The notes: generated from the sequence alone by a model not told the origin. Counted from the stretch's first letter, positions 43,792-55,920 are shown. The stretch: 64,000 bases of DNA from Longimicrobiales bacterium (GCA_965202985.1 CBDBCF010000001.1:1056001-1120000), one strand, 5' to 3'. Made by a program: numbers and translations.

Positions 43792-46700
43792 GTGACGGCT
43801 TCCGGACGCGCGAAGCGCCGCAACCGAGTGCGGCGTTCCTTGCTGTGGACGGCAGCGGCGATCGGCACGGTCCTGGTTGCGGGGGCCGTCGGCGCGATGC
43901 TGTTGACCCGCACGCCGAAGGGTCGCGATCTGGCCCTGGAGTGGGCGATGGGCCGCCTGCGGCCGCTCGTGGCGCCCTCGGCGCAGCTGCACGTGGGCTC
44001 GGTGGGGCCGGGAGGGCTGCTGGGCGGCGCCGTACTTCACGACGTGCGCATCGAAGACGCCACCGGGCGAGCAGCGCTTGCCGCGGACTCGGTTCGGGCC
44101 CGCTACTCGCTCTTCGAGCTGCTGGGGAGCGCGCCGGGGGTGGCCGGACTGCGCGTGTGGTCGCCCCGCGTGGTGCTGGCGCCCGGGGCCGGCCTGGGAG
44201 ACCTGTTCGCCAGCGCCGACGACGACCCGGACGGCCCGAGCGACCCGAACGGCCCGGACCCGGAGGGCGACGCCGGTTCGGCGTTCGTCGTGCGGGGCGC
44301 TCGGATCCACGACGGGCTGGTGGTCCAACATACCGAGCAGGGCGGCGAACGGCGCATCGAGGGGATCGAAGCCGCCTTCCGTCGCATCGACGCGCGTCCC
44401 CGCCCCGGAGTTGGCCTCAGTGCCCGTGTGGACAGCGCGGCCGTCCGCTACCGACTGGCCGGGGGGCGCGGAGATGCGCTCCCGGTCTCTGCGGCGGCGG
44501 GCGTCCTGGAGTACACGGACGACGGCATCGTGCTGGAGGCCCGTCGCTTTCGGCTCCGCGGCTCGGTGGGTTCGGGAAGAGCCGTCGCCCGTCGCGACCC
44601 GAGCGGCGCGTGGACGACGGCGCTGGAGCTGCGCGAAGGGCAGCTGGCCTTGGCCGACTTGGCGTGGATCGACCCGCGGCTCGACCGAGGGACCGTCCAA
44701 CTGGAGGGCGGCCGGGTCGGCTCGGGGCCGGCGGGTCTGTCCGTGGACGCGGCCCACGCCGAGGTGCGCTTGGACGGCGGGCGCCTGGAACTGTCCGGCG
44801 GCTTCTCGCGAGCCGGCGGCGGGCGGCGGAGCGCCGGCAGCTTTCGGGCGCTGAACGTCGGGTCCGACGGCTTGACCCCCGACGAGGCGTGGCGATGGCT
44901 TCCCCGGCCACGGGGCCTATCCCGCGCCGTGCCCCGGCGAGGCGTCTTCGCAGGCAGCATCCAGCTGAACGGCCCGCTGGACCGGCTCGTCGTCAGCGGC
45001 GCGCTGGCCGTCCTTGGCGAACGCGGAGACACCGTGGCCCAAGTCTCCGGCGACGGCACGTTCGCGGGCGCCGGCCCGGTTCGCGATATGCGCATCGAAG
45101 CTTCCGCGCCGGACGGCCGCTTCGCCCAAGCTCTGTTCCCGCAGCTCCCGGGCGAGGGCTGGAGCGACTTCCGCGGACGCGCCCAAGGCGGTTTGTCCAC
45201 GGGCCTGCACGTCGCGCTGGAAGCCCGCCGCGCCTCCACGATCTATCCCCCAGCCGCCGGCGCGGCACCCGACTCGATCGGCTTCGAGGGAACGCTCTTC
45301 GGCGCATCCCAGGTGGACTCCTTGGCGGGCCGCTTGGCCCTCGACCCGGCGTCCGTGCCCCGCCTCGGCGCCGTTCGGGGAACCGTCGCGCTCTCCGGCC
45401 CGATCGAGCGCCTGAACGCCGAAGCCGCCTTGGAGACGGACGGCGGACCGCTGTTCGCGGAAGGACGGGTGAACCTGCGGAACATGTCCGCCGGCTACGA
45501 CGTGTCCGTGACCGCGCGCGACTTTCGCCTGTCGGAGGTGCTGGCGCAGGCGCCCGCGCCCACGGTCGTGTCGGCGACGGCCAGCCTCTCGGGAAGCGGG
45601 CTGGACCTGGCGACCGCAGAGGGCGTCCTGGAGGTGGCCGCCGGCCGCTCCTCGGTTGCCCAAGTGCCGGTGGACACGGTGGACGCACGCCTGCGAGCCG
45701 AGAACGGACGCCTCCACCTGGACGCGTTCTTCGCCCAAGCGGGAGGCATCGTCTTCCGGGGAGCGGGCGACCTGGCCGCGTCGGCCGCCGCCTTGGCCGC
45801 CCGGCCCGCCGCCGAGCGCGACGACGGCGTCGAGATCGCCTTCTCGGCCCCGTCGATCGCTCCGCTTCGCCCCCTCCTCATGGACGAGCCCCTCGTCGCC
45901 ATGGACGACCTCGTGCCCGGCATCGGCGCCGACGCCGCCCCCGCAGCCCGCGACCGTCGCTTCGGCGGCTCGGTGGACGGCCGCGTCCGGCTGTCGGGCC
46001 ACCTGGGCCCCGGCGGGCTCGCGGCGGAAGTCACGGCCGCCTTTCGCGACTTGGAGTACGGGGCGCGCTCCGCCAGGGCGCTCGACTTGGACGTGTCGGC
46101 AGGGGGACGGCCCCTGGTCGCCACGGGCAACGCCAGGGCGGATTCGGTCGTGGTCGGCAGGTTCCGCTTCCGTTCGGCCGGCGCCGAAGGCACATACGCG
46201 CCAAACGCCGGTCGCATCGCCGTCGGCCGCGGGCGTCTGCACGTCCGCGCTGCCCGCTCCGACGACGAGTCCTACGAAGGCCAAGCCGTCGTGCGCCTGG
46301 GAGACGACGAGGGCCGGATCGACCTTGACCGCCTCTTCTTGGTCTTCGGCCAACGCCGTTGGAGCTTGGCCGGACCCGCCCGCTTCGAATGGGACCCGGA
46401 ATCGCTCCACGTCCGCGACTTCGACCTCGTCCGTCCGGGGGCACCGGGCTTGCGGCTGCACGCGGCCGGCCGATTGGCCACGACGCGGGGCGAGTCCGAC
46501 TTCAAGCTGGACGCCCGCGACCTGGACCTGGCCTTGGCCGGCCGTCTTCTTCACCTCGACGCCCCCCTCGAAGGCGTCCTTTCGGCGCGCCTCCGGGCCG
46601 CCGGAGACGCCGCCGACCCCCAATGGGAGGGCGACCTTCGGATCGACAACGCCAGCTTCCGCAGCCTGCGCTTCGACCGGATCGCGGCCAACGGAAGCTA

Positions 46701-48255
46701 CGCCGAGCGCGCCGTCGAGCTCCGCGCCGAATCGTGGACGGGCGACAAGAAGACCTTGGCCGTGAACGGGACCGCGCCCCTGGACCTGCGCTTGACCGGC
46801 GTACAGGACCGGGTCCCGGACGAGGCGCTCGACCTGAACGCCGTCGCCGACTCCTTCCCGCTCGCCCTGCTCCTGGGGGGCATGACAAGCCTGGAGGGCG
46901 TGGTCGGCCACGTGTCGGGTTCGGTTGCGGTCAAGGGGCGTCCGGTCGCTCCAGCCCCCTCGGGCACGCTTCGCGTCGAGAACGGCGCAGCCTTCGTGGC
47001 CCCGCTGGGCGTGGCGCTCTCCGACGCCCAGGCCCGCCTGACGCTTCGCCCCGACGGGATCGTGGCCGTCGAGGCCTCGGCAAGCTCCGGCGGCGACGTG
47101 CAGGTGCGCGGAACGGTGGACGCCAGCCGCCCCGCCGACCCGGTGTTCGACTTGGCGTTCTGGCCTCGGGAGCTGCAAGTCGTGGACCGTCGCGACATGG
47201 AGGCGGCCGTGAGCGGCGATTCCGTCGCCCTCACCGGCCCGTTCTCGGCGCCGTTCGTGGAGGGCGCCCTGAACGTGGACGACGGCACCGTGTTCCTGGA
47301 GGAGTTCCAGCGCTCCGCGCAGACCGTGGACATCTACGACCGGGCGCTCTTCGACGCGGCCACCGCGCGGATCGGCGCCGGGAGCGTCGGCGTTCGGAGC
47401 CGGAACCCGTTTCTGGCCAACCTGCGCGTCCTGGTGCAGATGCACGTGGGCCGCGGAAGCTGGCTGCGGTCGCACAACATGAACATCGAGACCGAGGGCG
47501 ACTTGGAGGTCATCTTCGACCGCCAGGCCAACCAGCTCGTCCTCCTGGGATCGGTGGACGTGGTTCGGGGCACCTACGGCTTGGCCAACCGCAACTTCAC
47601 CATGACCGACGGCGAGTTCCGCTTCGTGGGAACGCCGGGCTTCAACCCCAACATCTCCCTGTCGGCCCAGAGCCGCCTGCGCGCCCGCGACGGCCGACCG
47701 ATGACGATCAACGCGGACATCTCGGGCACGCTGCTGGCGCCCGACATGACCCCGTCCAGCGACGCGGGCGCGCTCGTCTCCGAGGACGACCTGTACAGCT
47801 ACCTCTTCGTGGGCCAGCCGGCGTCGGCGCTCGTGGGCCAAGCCCCGACGGCCTCGGTCGGCGCGGGAATGAACCTCCTGGTGGGCCAAGCCGCCAACCA
47901 GATCGGCTACCTGCTGGCCCAGCAGCTCAGCCTGGACCACTTGTCCGTCTCCCAGGCCGAGCAGGGCGTGGCCAACGCCGCCTTCGGCGCCTCGTCCCTC
48001 CAGGTCGAGGCCGGCCGATACTTGCTCGACAACGTCTTCCTCACCGGCGTGTACCAGCGGGGATACTGCGCGGACCCGACGCTGCCCGTGAACAGCCGGG
48101 GCGTCCGCGTCGAGGTGGGGTTGCCGAAGGACGTGACCCTTGAAGGATTCGTAGAAGACAGGTGTACTAGAGAAGGCTTCCGCGGGCTGGGGGGACTTTC
48201 CCTTCAGCTGGCCCGGATCTGGGGGTTTTCCCTGTTCCGGGAGTGGAGCTACTAA
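43792..48255 (+). CDS. tamB: Translocation/assembly module TamB-like protein (AsmA-like/DUF490)
   Basis: N-terminal TM segment, about 1490 aa of beta-rich repeats and C-terminal [10 protein letters not shown]...FNPNI...ISGTL...LYSYLFVG. Confidence 0.85.
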   Translation: MTASGRAKRRNRVRRSLLWTAAAIGTVLVAGAVGAMLLTRTPKGRDLALEWAMGRLRPLVAPSAQLHVGSVGPGGLLGGAVLHDVRIEDATGRAALAADSVRARYSLFELLGSAPGVAGLRVWSPRVVLAPGAGLGDLFASADDDPDGPSDPNGPDPEGDAGSAFVVRGARIHDGLVVQHTEQGGERRIEGIEAAFRRIDARPRPGVGLSARVDSAAVRYRLAGGRGDALPVSAAAGVLEYTDDGIVLEARRFRLRGSVGSGRAVARRDPSGAWTTALELREGQLALADLAWIDPRLDRGTVQLEGGRVGSGPAGLSVDAAHAEVRLDGGRLELSGGFSRAGGGRRSAGSFRALNVGSDGLTPDEAWRWLPRPRGLSRAVPRRGVFAGSIQLNGPLDRLVVSGALAVLGERGDTVAQVSGDGTFAGAGPVRDMRIEASAPDGRFAQALFPQLPGEGWSDFRGRAQGGLSTGLHVALEARRASTIYPPAAGAAPDSIGFEGTLFGASQVDSLAGRLALDPASVPRLGAVRGTVALSGPIERLNAEAALETDGGPLFAEGRVNLRNMSAGYDVSVTARDFRLSEVLAQAPAPTVVSATASLSGSGLDLATAEGVLEVAAGRSSVAQVPVDTVDARLRAENGRLHLDAFFAQAGGIVFRGAGDLAASAAALAARPAAERDDGVEIAFSAPSIAPLRPLLMDEPLVAMDDLVPGIGADAAPAARDRRFGGSVDGRVRLSGHLGPGGLAAEVTAAFRDLEYGARSARALDLDVSAGGRPLVATGNARADSVVVGRFRFRSAGAEGTYAPNAGRIAVGRGRLHVRAARSDDESYEGQAVVRLGDDEGRIDLDRLFLVFGQRRWSLAGPARFEWDPESLHVRDFDLVRPGAPGLRLHAAGRLATTRGESDFKLDARDLDLALAGRLLHLDAPLEGVLSARLRAAGDAADPQWEGDLRIDNASFRSLRFDRIAANGSYAERAVELRAESWTGDKKTLAVNGTAPLDLRLTGVQDRVPDEALDLNAVADSFPLALLLGGMTSLEGVVGHVSGSVAVKGRPVAPAPSGTLRVENGAAFVAPLGVALSDAQARLTLRPDGIVAVEASASSGGDVQVRGTVDASRPADPVFDLAFWPRELQVVDRRDMEAAVSGDSVALTGPFSAPFVEGALNVDDGTVFLEEFQRSAQTVDIYDRALFDAATARIGAGSVGVRSRNPFLANLRVLVQMHVGRGSWLRSHNMNIETEGDLEVIFDRQANQLVLLGSVDVVRGTYGLANRNFTMTDGEFRFVGTPGFNPNISLSAQSRLRARDGRPMTINADISGTLLAPDMTPSSDAGALVSEDDLYSYLFVGQPASALVGQAPTASVGAGMNLLVGQAANQIGYLLAQQLSLDHLSVSQAEQGVANAAFGASSLQVEAGRYLLDNVFLTGVYQRGYCADPTLPVNSRGVRVEVGLPKDVTLEGFVEDRCTREGFRGLGGLSLQLARIWGFSLFREWSY

Positions 48256-48278
48256 CCCTTCGACAAGGATTTCGACAG

Positions 48279-49139
48279 ATGCGGGTCTTCGTTCTCATGG
48301 CCGGGCTTGCGGCCTTCGCCGCCTTCGCGGGCGGCTTGCTGGGCGGCCAGAGCGGCGCCGTCCTGGCCTTCGGCTTCGCCGTGGCCGCCAACGTCGGCAT
48401 GTACTGGTTCTCGGACCGTGCCGTCCTGCGCATGTACAAGGCGCGGATCGTCGGCCCCGCGGACGCGCCCGGCCTCTACGAGATGGTGGACCGACTGCGG
48501 CGACGGGCCGGCCTGCCGATGCCCACGGTGGCGATCGCTCCCTCGGCGCAGCCCAACGCCTTCGCCACGGGCCGCAGCCCGTCCAAGTCGGTCGTGTGCT
48601 TCACGCGGGGCATCCTCGAGGCGCTGTCTCCCAGCGAGCTCGAGGGCGTGACGGCGCACGAGCTGGCCCACGTCAAGCACCGCCACATGCTTGCGGGCAC
48701 CGTGGCCGCGACCATGGCCGGCACGATCGGCATCCTGGCCAGCATGGCCCGCTGGGGCGCCGTCCTGGGCGGAGGCGACGAGGACGACAACATCCTGGTC
48801 GTCCTGGCGATGTCGATCGTGGCCCCCCTTGGCGCCGCCGTCGTCCAGATGGCGATCAGCCGCCAGAACGAGTTCCAGGCCGACCGCACGGGCGGCCGGA
48901 TCGCCGGCAACCCCCTCTACCTGGCGAACGCCCTCCAGCGGCTGGACCGCGCGGCCCGCCGAATCCCCATGCGCGTCAACCCGGCGGCGGCCCAGCTGGC
49001 GATCGTGAACCCCCTGACGGGCCGAAAGCGCGGCCTCGCGGGGCTGTTCAGCACCCACCCGCCCACCGAAGAGCGGGTGGCCAAGCTGGTCGCGCAGGCC
49101 CGGCAGGCCGAGTCGCCCCGGCGGGTCCGGCGCCGTTGA
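48279..49139 (+). CDS. htpX: Zinc metalloprotease HtpX (M48)
   Basis: [24 protein letters not shown] and FSTHPP. Confidence 0.95.
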   Translation: MRVFVLMAGLAAFAAFAGGLLGGQSGAVLAFGFAVAANVGMYWFSDRAVLRMYKARIVGPADAPGLYEMVDRLRRRAGLPMPTVAIAPSAQPNAFATGRSPSKSVVCFTRGILEALSPSELEGVTAHELAHVKHRHMLAGTVAATMAGTIGILASMARWGAVLGGGDEDDNILVVLAMSIVAPLGAAVVQMAISRQNEFQADRTGGRIAGNPLYLANALQRLDRAARRIPMRVNPAAAQLAIVNPLTGRKRGLAGLFSTHPPTEERVAKLVAQARQAESPRRVRRR

Positions 49140-52039
49140 GCCGCAAGCACCTGGTCGTTCGCGGCGCCCGCGAACACAACCTCAAGAACATCTCCCTGGA
49201 GATCCCCCGGGAGCGCTTGGTCGTCGTCACCGGCTTGTCGGGCTCGGGCAAGTCCTCTCTGGCGTTCGACACCATCTACGCCGAAGGCCAGCGGCGCTAC
49301 ATCGAGTCCCTGTCGGCGTACGCCCGGCAGTTCCTGGGCATGATGGAGAAGCCCGACGTGGACGTGATCGAAGGGCTGTCGCCCGCGATCTCGATCGAGC
49401 AGAAGACGGTGTCCAGGAACCCCCGTTCCACCGTGGGCACGGTGACGGAGATCTACGACTACCTGCGCCTCCTCTACGCCCGAGCCGGCACGCCCTACTG
49501 CCCGGAGTGCGACCTGCCGATCCGCCGCCAGCCGGCCAGCCAGATCGTGACGCGGCTCCTGGAGATGGAAGAAGGCACGCGCATTCAGGTCGTCGCCCCG
49601 CTGGTTCGGGGGCGCAAGGGCGAGTTCCGCGACGTCTTCGAGCGCGCCCGGCGCGACGGCTTCGTCCGAGCGCTGGTGGACGGCAAGGTGCACGACTTGG
49701 CCCGCGTGCCGCCCCTGGCGCGCTACGAGAACCACGACGTGGGGATCGTGGTGGACCGGCTGGTGATCCGGGAACGGGACCGGGCGCGCCTGTCGGACTC
49801 GGTGGAGACCGCGCTGCGGGCCGCGGACGGCGTGGTGCAGATCCTGGAACGCCGGGGCCGCAAGGACGTGTCCCACCTCTTCAGCGAGCACTACGCCTGC
49901 GCCGGTTGCGGGATCAGCTTTCCCGAACTGGAGCCGCGCGTCTTTTCCTTCAACTCGCCTCACGGCGCCTGCGCGGAGTGCGGAGGACTGGGCACCGCCA
50001 AGGAAGTGGACGGGGCGCTGCTGCTGGCCAGCCATTCGTTGTCGATCCTGGAGGGCGCGATCATCCCGTGGGGCGATCCCGGCGGCCACCTGCGCCGCTC
50101 GGTCATCCCCGGGCTGGCCAAGGCGTACGAGTTCGACCCTCGCACTCCCTGGCGCGACCTGTCCAAGGAGGCCCGGGACGCGCTGCTGCTGGGGTCGGGC
50201 AACTTGAAGATCCGCTTTCCCTACAAGGCCGGAAAGATGAGCGGCCACTACGAGGACTACTGGGAGGGCGTGGTGGCCAACGTGGAGCGTCGCTACCGCG
50301 AGACCACGTCCGAGCACGTGCGGGAGCAGCTGGAGCGGTACATGTCCAGCCGGACGTGCGGCGCGTGCGAAGGATCGCGACTGGGGCCGTTCGCCCGATC
50401 CGTGCGCGTGGGCGGCGCCCCGATCAGCGCCGTGGCCTCCCTCTCCGTGCAGGACGCCCTGGCGTTCGCCCGCTCGCTGCCCGTGGCGGGCCAGCCCGTG
50501 CCGCCGGACATCGAGCCCGCACCGGGCGACCCTCTGTCGGCGGAGGTCGCCGGCCCCATCCTGAAAGAGGTCCGGGAGCGGCTCGGGTTCCTGCGCAACG
50601 TGGGCTTGGGCTATCTGTCGCTGGGGCGCTCCGCCGACACGCTGTCGGGCGGCGAGTCGCAGCGGATCCGCTTGGCCACCCAGATCGGGAGCCGGCTGGT
50701 CGGCGTGCTCTACATCCTGGACGAGCCGTCGATCGGGCTCCATCAGCGCGACAACCACCGCCTGCTGCGCACGCTGGAGTCGCTTCGAGACCTGGGCAAC
50801 TCGGTGCTGGTGGTGGAGCACGACGAGGACACGATCCGTGCCGCCGACCACGTCGTGGACCTGGGACCGGGGGCGGGCCGCGCAGGCGGCGAAGTCGTGG
50901 CGGCGGGCGCCGTGGCGGACCTCTGCGCCCAGCCCGCGTCGGTCACGGGCAAGTACCTGCGGGGCGACTTGGAGATCGCCGTGCCGGAGCGCAGGCGGCC
51001 GGTGGACGAAGCGCGGTCGCTCGTGGTGCGGGGCGCGGCCGAGCACAACCTGAAGCGGATCGACGCCGCCTTCCCCCTGGGCTGCTTCGTGGCGGTCACG
51101 GGCGTGAGCGGATCGGGCAAGTCCACGCTGGTCAACGCCACCCTCTACCGCGCGCTCTCGCGCCACCTCTACCGCAGCCGAACGGTCGCCGGCGCGCACG
51201 ACCGCATCGAAGGCCTGTCCGCTGTGGACAAGGTCATCGAGGTGGACCAGTCGCCGATCGGCCGAACGCCCCGCTCCAACCCGGCCACCTACACGGGCCT
51301 CTTCACGCCGGTCCGCCAGCTGTTCGCTGGCCTGCCCGAGGCCCAGGTCCGCGGCTACGCCGCCGGCCGCTTCTCCTTCAACGTGCACGGCGGACGCTGC
51401 GAGGCCTGCCAGGGCGACGGCCTGGTCAAGATCGAAATGCACTTCCTGCCCGACGTGTACGTGTCGTGCGACGTGTGCCGAGGGCGACGCTACAACCGCG
51501 AGACCTTGGACGTGCACTACAAGGGCCGGAACATAGCCGACGTGCTGGAGATGACCGTGGACGAGGCGCTGGAGTTCTTCGACGCGGTGCCCCAGATCCA
51601 GCGCCGCCTGCGCACCTTGTCGGACGTGGGGCTGGGGTACGTGCACCTTGGACAGCCCGCCACCACGCTGTCGGGCGGCGAAGCCCAGCGGATCAAGTTG
51701 TCGTCCGAACTGTCCAAGCGGTCCACCGGCCGGACCGTTTACATCTTGGACGAGCCGACCACGGGCCTGCACTTCGAGGACGTGCGCGTGCTGCTGCAGG
51801 TCCTGCACCAGCTGGTGGACCGCGGCAACACGGTCGTGGTCATCGAGCACAACCTGCACGTCGTGAAGACGGCGGACTGGGTACTGGACTTGGGACCCGA
51901 GGGCGGCGACGGCGGCGGCCGCGTCGTGGCCCAGTGCGCTCCCGAAGAGCTGGCTCGCGTGCCCGAGTCCTACACCGGCCAGTTCCTGGCGCCCCTGCTG
52001 CGCCCGATCCCTTCCAAGCGCGCGGCGGCCCGCGGGTGA
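49136..52039 (+). CDS. uvrA: Excinuclease ABC subunit A
   Basis: TTGA overlap. [39 protein letters not shown] and LSGGEAQR; zinc fingers. Confidence 0.98.
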   Translation: MSRKHLVVRGAREHNLKNISLEIPRERLVVVTGLSGSGKSSLAFDTIYAEGQRRYIESLSAYARQFLGMMEKPDVDVIEGLSPAISIEQKTVSRNPRSTVGTVTEIYDYLRLLYARAGTPYCPECDLPIRRQPASQIVTRLLEMEEGTRIQVVAPLVRGRKGEFRDVFERARRDGFVRALVDGKVHDLARVPPLARYENHDVGIVVDRLVIRERDRARLSDSVETALRAADGVVQILERRGRKDVSHLFSEHYACAGCGISFPELEPRVFSFNSPHGACAECGGLGTAKEVDGALLLASHSLSILEGAIIPWGDPGGHLRRSVIPGLAKAYEFDPRTPWRDLSKEARDALLLGSGNLKIRFPYKAGKMSGHYEDYWEGVVANVERRYRETTSEHVREQLERYMSSRTCGACEGSRLGPFARSVRVGGAPISAVASLSVQDALAFARSLPVAGQPVPPDIEPAPGDPLSAEVAGPILKEVRERLGFLRNVGLGYLSLGRSADTLSGGESQRIRLATQIGSRLVGVLYILDEPSIGLHQRDNHRLLRTLESLRDLGNSVLVVEHDEDTIRAADHVVDLGPGAGRAGGEVVAAGAVADLCAQPASVTGKYLRGDLEIAVPERRRPVDEARSLVVRGAAEHNLKRIDAAFPLGCFVAVTGVSGSGKSTLVNATLYRALSRHLYRSRTVAGAHDRIEGLSAVDKVIEVDQSPIGRTPRSNPATYTGLFTPVRQLFAGLPEAQVRGYAAGRFSFNVHGGRCEACQGDGLVKIEMHFLPDVYVSCDVCRGRRYNRETLDVHYKGRNIADVLEMTVDEALEFFDAVPQIQRRLRTLSDVGLGYVHLGQPATTLSGGEAQRIKLSSELSKRSTGRTVYILDEPTTGLHFEDVRVLLQVLHQLVDRGNTVVVIEHNLHVVKTADWVLDLGPEGGDGGGRVVAQCAPEELARVPESYTGQFLAPLLRPIPSKRAAARG

Positions 52040-52154
52040 AGCGGCTCTGGCGCGCCGTCGTCCAGCCGGGCCCGCGTCGGTGCCTGCCGGACCGGCGCAT
52101 GTTAGCTTTTCCCGAACCCGAAGCCACGGGCGTCCGCACGACACGGAGAACACG

Positions 52155-52571
52155 ATGGTTACCCGAGAAGACGTAGAGAGCTACCTGATCCGCATGGACG
52201 CGGACTTCGACGAAGTGGACGACGGCATGTTCCTCGTCCGCACCGAGAACGAAGGCGCGCCGATCGTCGTGCACCACTCCGAGCCGCTCCTGCTCGTGCG
52301 CATGAAGGTCATGGACCTGCCCGGCGACGGCGCGGAGGCCGACGGCCTGGCCCCGCTCTACGAGACGCTGCTCCGGCTGAACGCCACCGACGTGGTTCAC
52401 GGGGCGTACGGGATCGAAGAAGGCGAGCTGATCCTGTGCGACACGCTGCAACTCGGCACGCTGGACTTCGAGGAGCTTCGGGCGTCCTTGGAAAGCATCC
52501 AGCTGGCCGCGACGACCCACGTCTCTCGGATCAAGGAGCTGTCCGGACAGGAGGGGACAACTAGATCATGA
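52155..52571 (+). CDS. CesT/YbjN-like (type III chaperone fold) protein
   Basis: GGAG SD. Acidic 138 aa with LYETLLRLNATDVVHGAYGIE...LDFEEL. Coupled (ATGA) to pspA. Confidence 0.7.
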   Translation: MVTREDVESYLIRMDADFDEVDDGMFLVRTENEGAPIVVHHSEPLLLVRMKVMDLPGDGAEADGLAPLYETLLRLNATDVVHGAYGIEEGELILCDTLQLGTLDFEELRASLESIQLAATTHVSRIKELSGQEGTTRS

Positions 52572-53482
52572 GCATATTCAGCAAGTTCTCGACGATGATC
52601 CGGTCCAACATCAACGACCTGATCTCCCGGGCCGAAAACCCGGAGAAGATGCTGAACCAGATCATCTTGGACATGCGCGACCAGCTGGCCAAGTCCAAGC
52701 GCGAAGTGGCGTCGGCGATCGCGGACGAACGCAAGCTCAAGACGCAGCTGGACGGCGAACGCAAGCAGGTGCGGGACTGGGAGCACCGCGCCATGCTCGC
52801 CATCAACGAGGGTCGCGACGACTTGGCCAAGCAAGCGCTCTTCCGGCAGCAGGAGCACGGCGACCGGGCGGCCGCTTTGGAGGGCACGTGGCAGGCCCAG
52901 GCGGACGAGACGGAGAAGCTGAAGGGGTCTCTTCGGCAGCTGAACGACAAGATCGAGGAAGCCAAGCGCAAGCGTAACCTCCTCATCGCCAAGCAGAAGA
53001 GGGCGCAGGCGCAGCGTCGCATTCACGAGACCATGTCCGGGCTGTCGGACACGTCCGCCTTCGACGCCTTCAACCGCATGGCCGACAAGATCGAGGAAGA
53101 GGAGCGTCGCAACCTGGCCCAGGCCGAGGTCAACGAGGCCCTGACCGGCGACACCTTGGAGACCGAGTTTCTCCGGCTGGAATCGGGTTCCAGCGACGCC
53201 GGCGTGGACGATCAGCTGGCCGCCCTGAAGGCCCGCATGGGGCTGCTGCCCAGCCCGGCCTCCGAGGCCCCCAAGCGGCTGGGAGCGGGAGCGAGAGGAG
53301 ACGCCGCAGCCGTCCGTCCGTCCGAAGGCGCCGGGTCGGAAGCGGGCGGCACCGACGGTGCGGGCACCGGGGACAGCGGCGAGGACGCGTCGGAGGACAG
53401 CGCCCCGCCGATCCGCGAGGCCGAGCTCCTGGAAGAGTTCGAGAAGCTGGAGCGAGAAGGGGGCGGCTCACCCCGTCCGTGA
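52568..53482 (+). CDS. pspA: PspA/IM30 family protein with extended acidic C-terminus
   Basis: MSIFSKFSTMIRSNINDLISRAENPEKMLNQ, GRDDLAKQAL, AFNRMADKI and DQLAALK. Confidence 0.95.
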   Translation: MSIFSKFSTMIRSNINDLISRAENPEKMLNQIILDMRDQLAKSKREVASAIADERKLKTQLDGERKQVRDWEHRAMLAINEGRDDLAKQALFRQQEHGDRAAALEGTWQAQADETEKLKGSLRQLNDKIEEAKRKRNLLIAKQKRAQAQRRIHETMSGLSDTSAFDAFNRMADKIEEEERRNLAQAEVNEALTGDTLETEFLRLESGSSDAGVDDQLAALKARMGLLPSPASEAPKRLGAGARGDAAAVRPSEGAGSEAGGTDGAGTGDSGEDASEDSAPPIREAELLEEFEKLEREGGGSPRP

Positions 53483-53495
53483 GCGCGGCCCGTTC

Positions 53496-54341
53496 GTGAG
53501 CATCGTCCATCTGAACGGCGAGTTCCTGCCCTTGCAGGACGCCAAGGTGTCGGTCAACGACCGAGGGTTCCTCTTCGGCGACGGCGTTTACGAAGTCACG
53601 CCGGCCTACGGAGGACGCCTGTTCCGGTTCCCTCAGCACTTGGCGCGGATGCGGAAGGGTCTGGCGGCGATTGACATCAAGTTCGACGCCGCCGTCCTGG
53701 AGGCGGTAAAGAACGAGTTGCTGGCCCGGAACGGCCTGGACGCGTCGCCCGCCGCTTACGTGTACGTGCAGGTGACGCGGGGGGCGGCACCCCGCTCGCA
53801 CGCCTTCCCGAACCCGCCGGCGGCACCCGGCGTCTACGGCTTCGCGAACCCCTACCACCGCCCGTCCCAGGAGCGCTGGGCGCAGGGTTTTCGGGCCGTG
53901 ACTGTCCCGGACCAGCGCTGGGCGCGCGCCGACATCAAGGCGATCGCGCTGCTGCCCAACGTGCTCGCCCAGCAAGCGGCGGTGGACGCGCGTGTCGGCA
54001 ACGCCGTCTTTGTGCGCGACGGCATGGCCATGGAGGGCGCCCACAACAACCTCTTCGCCGTGTTCGACAGCGTCCTGGCGACCCCGCCCAAATCCAACTA
54101 CATCCTACACGGGGTGACCCGCGACTTCGTGATCGAGTTGGCGGACAAGCTGGGGATGCCCGTGCAGGAACGCGCCATCCCCCTGGCCGAACTTTACGAC
54201 GCCGACGAGGTGTTCTTCACCGGCACCACGACCGAGATCCGCCCGGCGGTGGAGGTGGACGGTCGCCCCATCGGCACCGGCAAGCCCGGCCCCATAGCGA
54301 GCCGACTCTTCAAGGCTTTCCTGGAAGAGGTGGGCAGCTAA
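53496..54341 (+). CDS. Class IV PLP aminotransferase (D-amino-acid transaminase-like)
   Basis: DRGFLFGDGVYEV, YVQVTRG, RWARADIK, EGAHNN, ILHGVTR and DEVFFTGTTTE. Confidence 0.92.
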   Translation: MSIVHLNGEFLPLQDAKVSVNDRGFLFGDGVYEVTPAYGGRLFRFPQHLARMRKGLAAIDIKFDAAVLEAVKNELLARNGLDASPAAYVYVQVTRGAAPRSHAFPNPPAAPGVYGFANPYHRPSQERWAQGFRAVTVPDQRWARADIKAIALLPNVLAQQAAVDARVGNAVFVRDGMAMEGAHNNLFAVFDSVLATPPKSNYILHGVTRDFVIELADKLGMPVQERAIPLAELYDADEVFFTGTTTEIRPAVEVDGRPIGTGKPGPIASRLFKAFLEEVGS

Positions 54342-54353
54342 GCGCCGGCGCGT

Positions 54354-54382
54354 CAGGAGCCCTGCCCAGGAGCCCTGCCCAG
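54354..54382. repeat. Perfect 13-bp tandem duplication CAGGAGCCCTGCC x2 (+CAG)
   Basis: Read directly at 54354-54366 and 54367-54379. Confidence 0.9.
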
Positions 54383-54449
54383 CGCAAGACAGCCGGACGC
54401 GGCGCACAAGTAGACGGCCGGGGTCAGTCGGTAGCTCGCCGGCGGTCGG

Positions 54450-55635
54450 CTACGGCTCGGGGGTACTGGGCGTGGAGCCGTCTTCCGGCGTCCCGAGCCT
54501 CGCCGCCCGCGCCAAGAAGTCGCCGCCGCTCGTGCAGTCGATGATCAGGTCCGCGATCTCCGCCACGCGCCCCGAGTCGCCGACGCCCTCCAACAACGAC
54601 GCCAGCCCCTCCGCCGTCTCCGAACCGAACTTCCGACCGGCCTGACGAACCAGCGTCGCCCGCTGCTCGCGCCGCGCCCGCGCCGTTGCCTCCTTGCGGC
54701 CCTGCGCCCGGCCCACGGCCCGGCCCTCCGCACGTCCCTTGCGACGCTCCGCCAACCGCTCCGCGCCCCAGAACGTCTGCGCCACACGCTCCAAATCGCC
54801 CAACCGCTGCAATCGACTCACCTCCGCCTCCTTCGCTCCGTCCTCGATCAACGCGCTCCGTACCCACGTCGCCAAAGCACGGCTCGCAACCCCGTCCTCC
54901 GGCAACAACTCCCGCAACCTCCCATACGCCTCCACAAACTCTCCTCGATCCCGCGTGTAGCGCAACCTCAACCCCGCAGCCCACGACGTGTCCGCAGACG
55001 CCAACGCCCGCGCCTCCCCCGCCTCCCACACCAACACGAACTCCTGACCCAGAGCGAACGGCAGAATCGCCCGCGCCTCCCCCGCCAGCAAGTCCTCCAT
55101 CCGCGTCGGCCACGGCCACGGCCCCTCCCCCACGTACACCACGAATCGGCAGCACCGGCGGCAGCTTCCGACGCCTCCGAACCTCCGGGTCCCGTGCCAG
55201 CAGATCGTCGTAGATCAACGCCGTCTCCAACAGTATCCGCGCAGGCATCCGCCAGTCCGGCTTCGACTGCGCCTCGAACAGGAACACCACGTACAGCCAC
55301 GTGTCCCGGAACGGCGCCCGCCACACCAGGTCCGCGTGACGAACCTTCCTGAACTCCAGGTCCACGTACTCCGTCTGTCCCTTCGACAGCCCGGCCAGGT
55401 CCAGCCGGGCGGCGATCTCTGCCGGAATGACCTTGCCCAGGACGCGCTCGGCCAGGAACTCGGCCACGACCTGCTTGTCCCCGTAGAACGCCTTCGCGCT
55501 CTTGTCCTTCGGCTGGTGGACCGCTCGGCGACGACAGGCGTCCGCCGGCGGCGGCTTGTGGTCGGGGGGCTTCGCTCCGGCGGCTCGGAGGCTGCGGTCT
55601 CGGGCGTTGCGGTCTCGGGCGCCTGCGGGGGCCAT
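54450..55635 (-). pseudogene. Rpn/YhgA-like (recombination-promoting nuclease / putative transposase) gene with a frameshift from one extra base
   Basis: ATG 55635 with GAGGAG SD. D..AK, HADLVW, LFEAQSKPDWRMPAR and LPPVLPI, then one extra base (CCG ATT C GTG GTG TAC) before VVYVGEGPW. C-terminal GRAEGRAVG...RKFG. Confidence 0.85.
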
Positions 55636-55740
55636 GGGCGTCTCCTCGGGAGCGAGAGTGGTCGGGGGCTCCGACAGCCCGGCTGGGGCGGGCTGCGGGA
55701 GCCGCGTCCCGAACGGTGGCGACTCCTTGCGGATAGCTCC

Positions 55741-55782
55741 ATAGCTGGATGGGACACTCCGACAGCTGGACGGAACACTCCG
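55741..55782. repeat. Imperfect 21-bp tandem repeat upstream of the Rpn-like gene
   Basis: ATAGCTGGATGGGACACTCCG / ACAGCTGGACGGAACACTCCG. Confidence 0.75.
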
Positions 55783-55920
55783 CGGGCGAGACGGACAGGC
55801 GGCGTTCGGTCGCCTGCCGGAACGGCCGGAGGCCAGCACGAAAATCCCGCCCATGCGCGATTTCGAGGGCCTAGAATGTCCCCGTCGATGTCCCGTTTTC
55901 GGGCATCGTGTGTCCGGTGC

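Noticed and set aside
54450..55635. Rpn/YhgA gene as an IS transposase
   Set aside because: No terminal inverted repeats or flanking target duplication were seen, and the family is a PD-(D/E)XK nuclease rather than a proven transposase.
55593..55782. Short repeats as a possible CRISPR array
   Set aside because: Only two adjacent copies of each, with no spacers and no cas genes.
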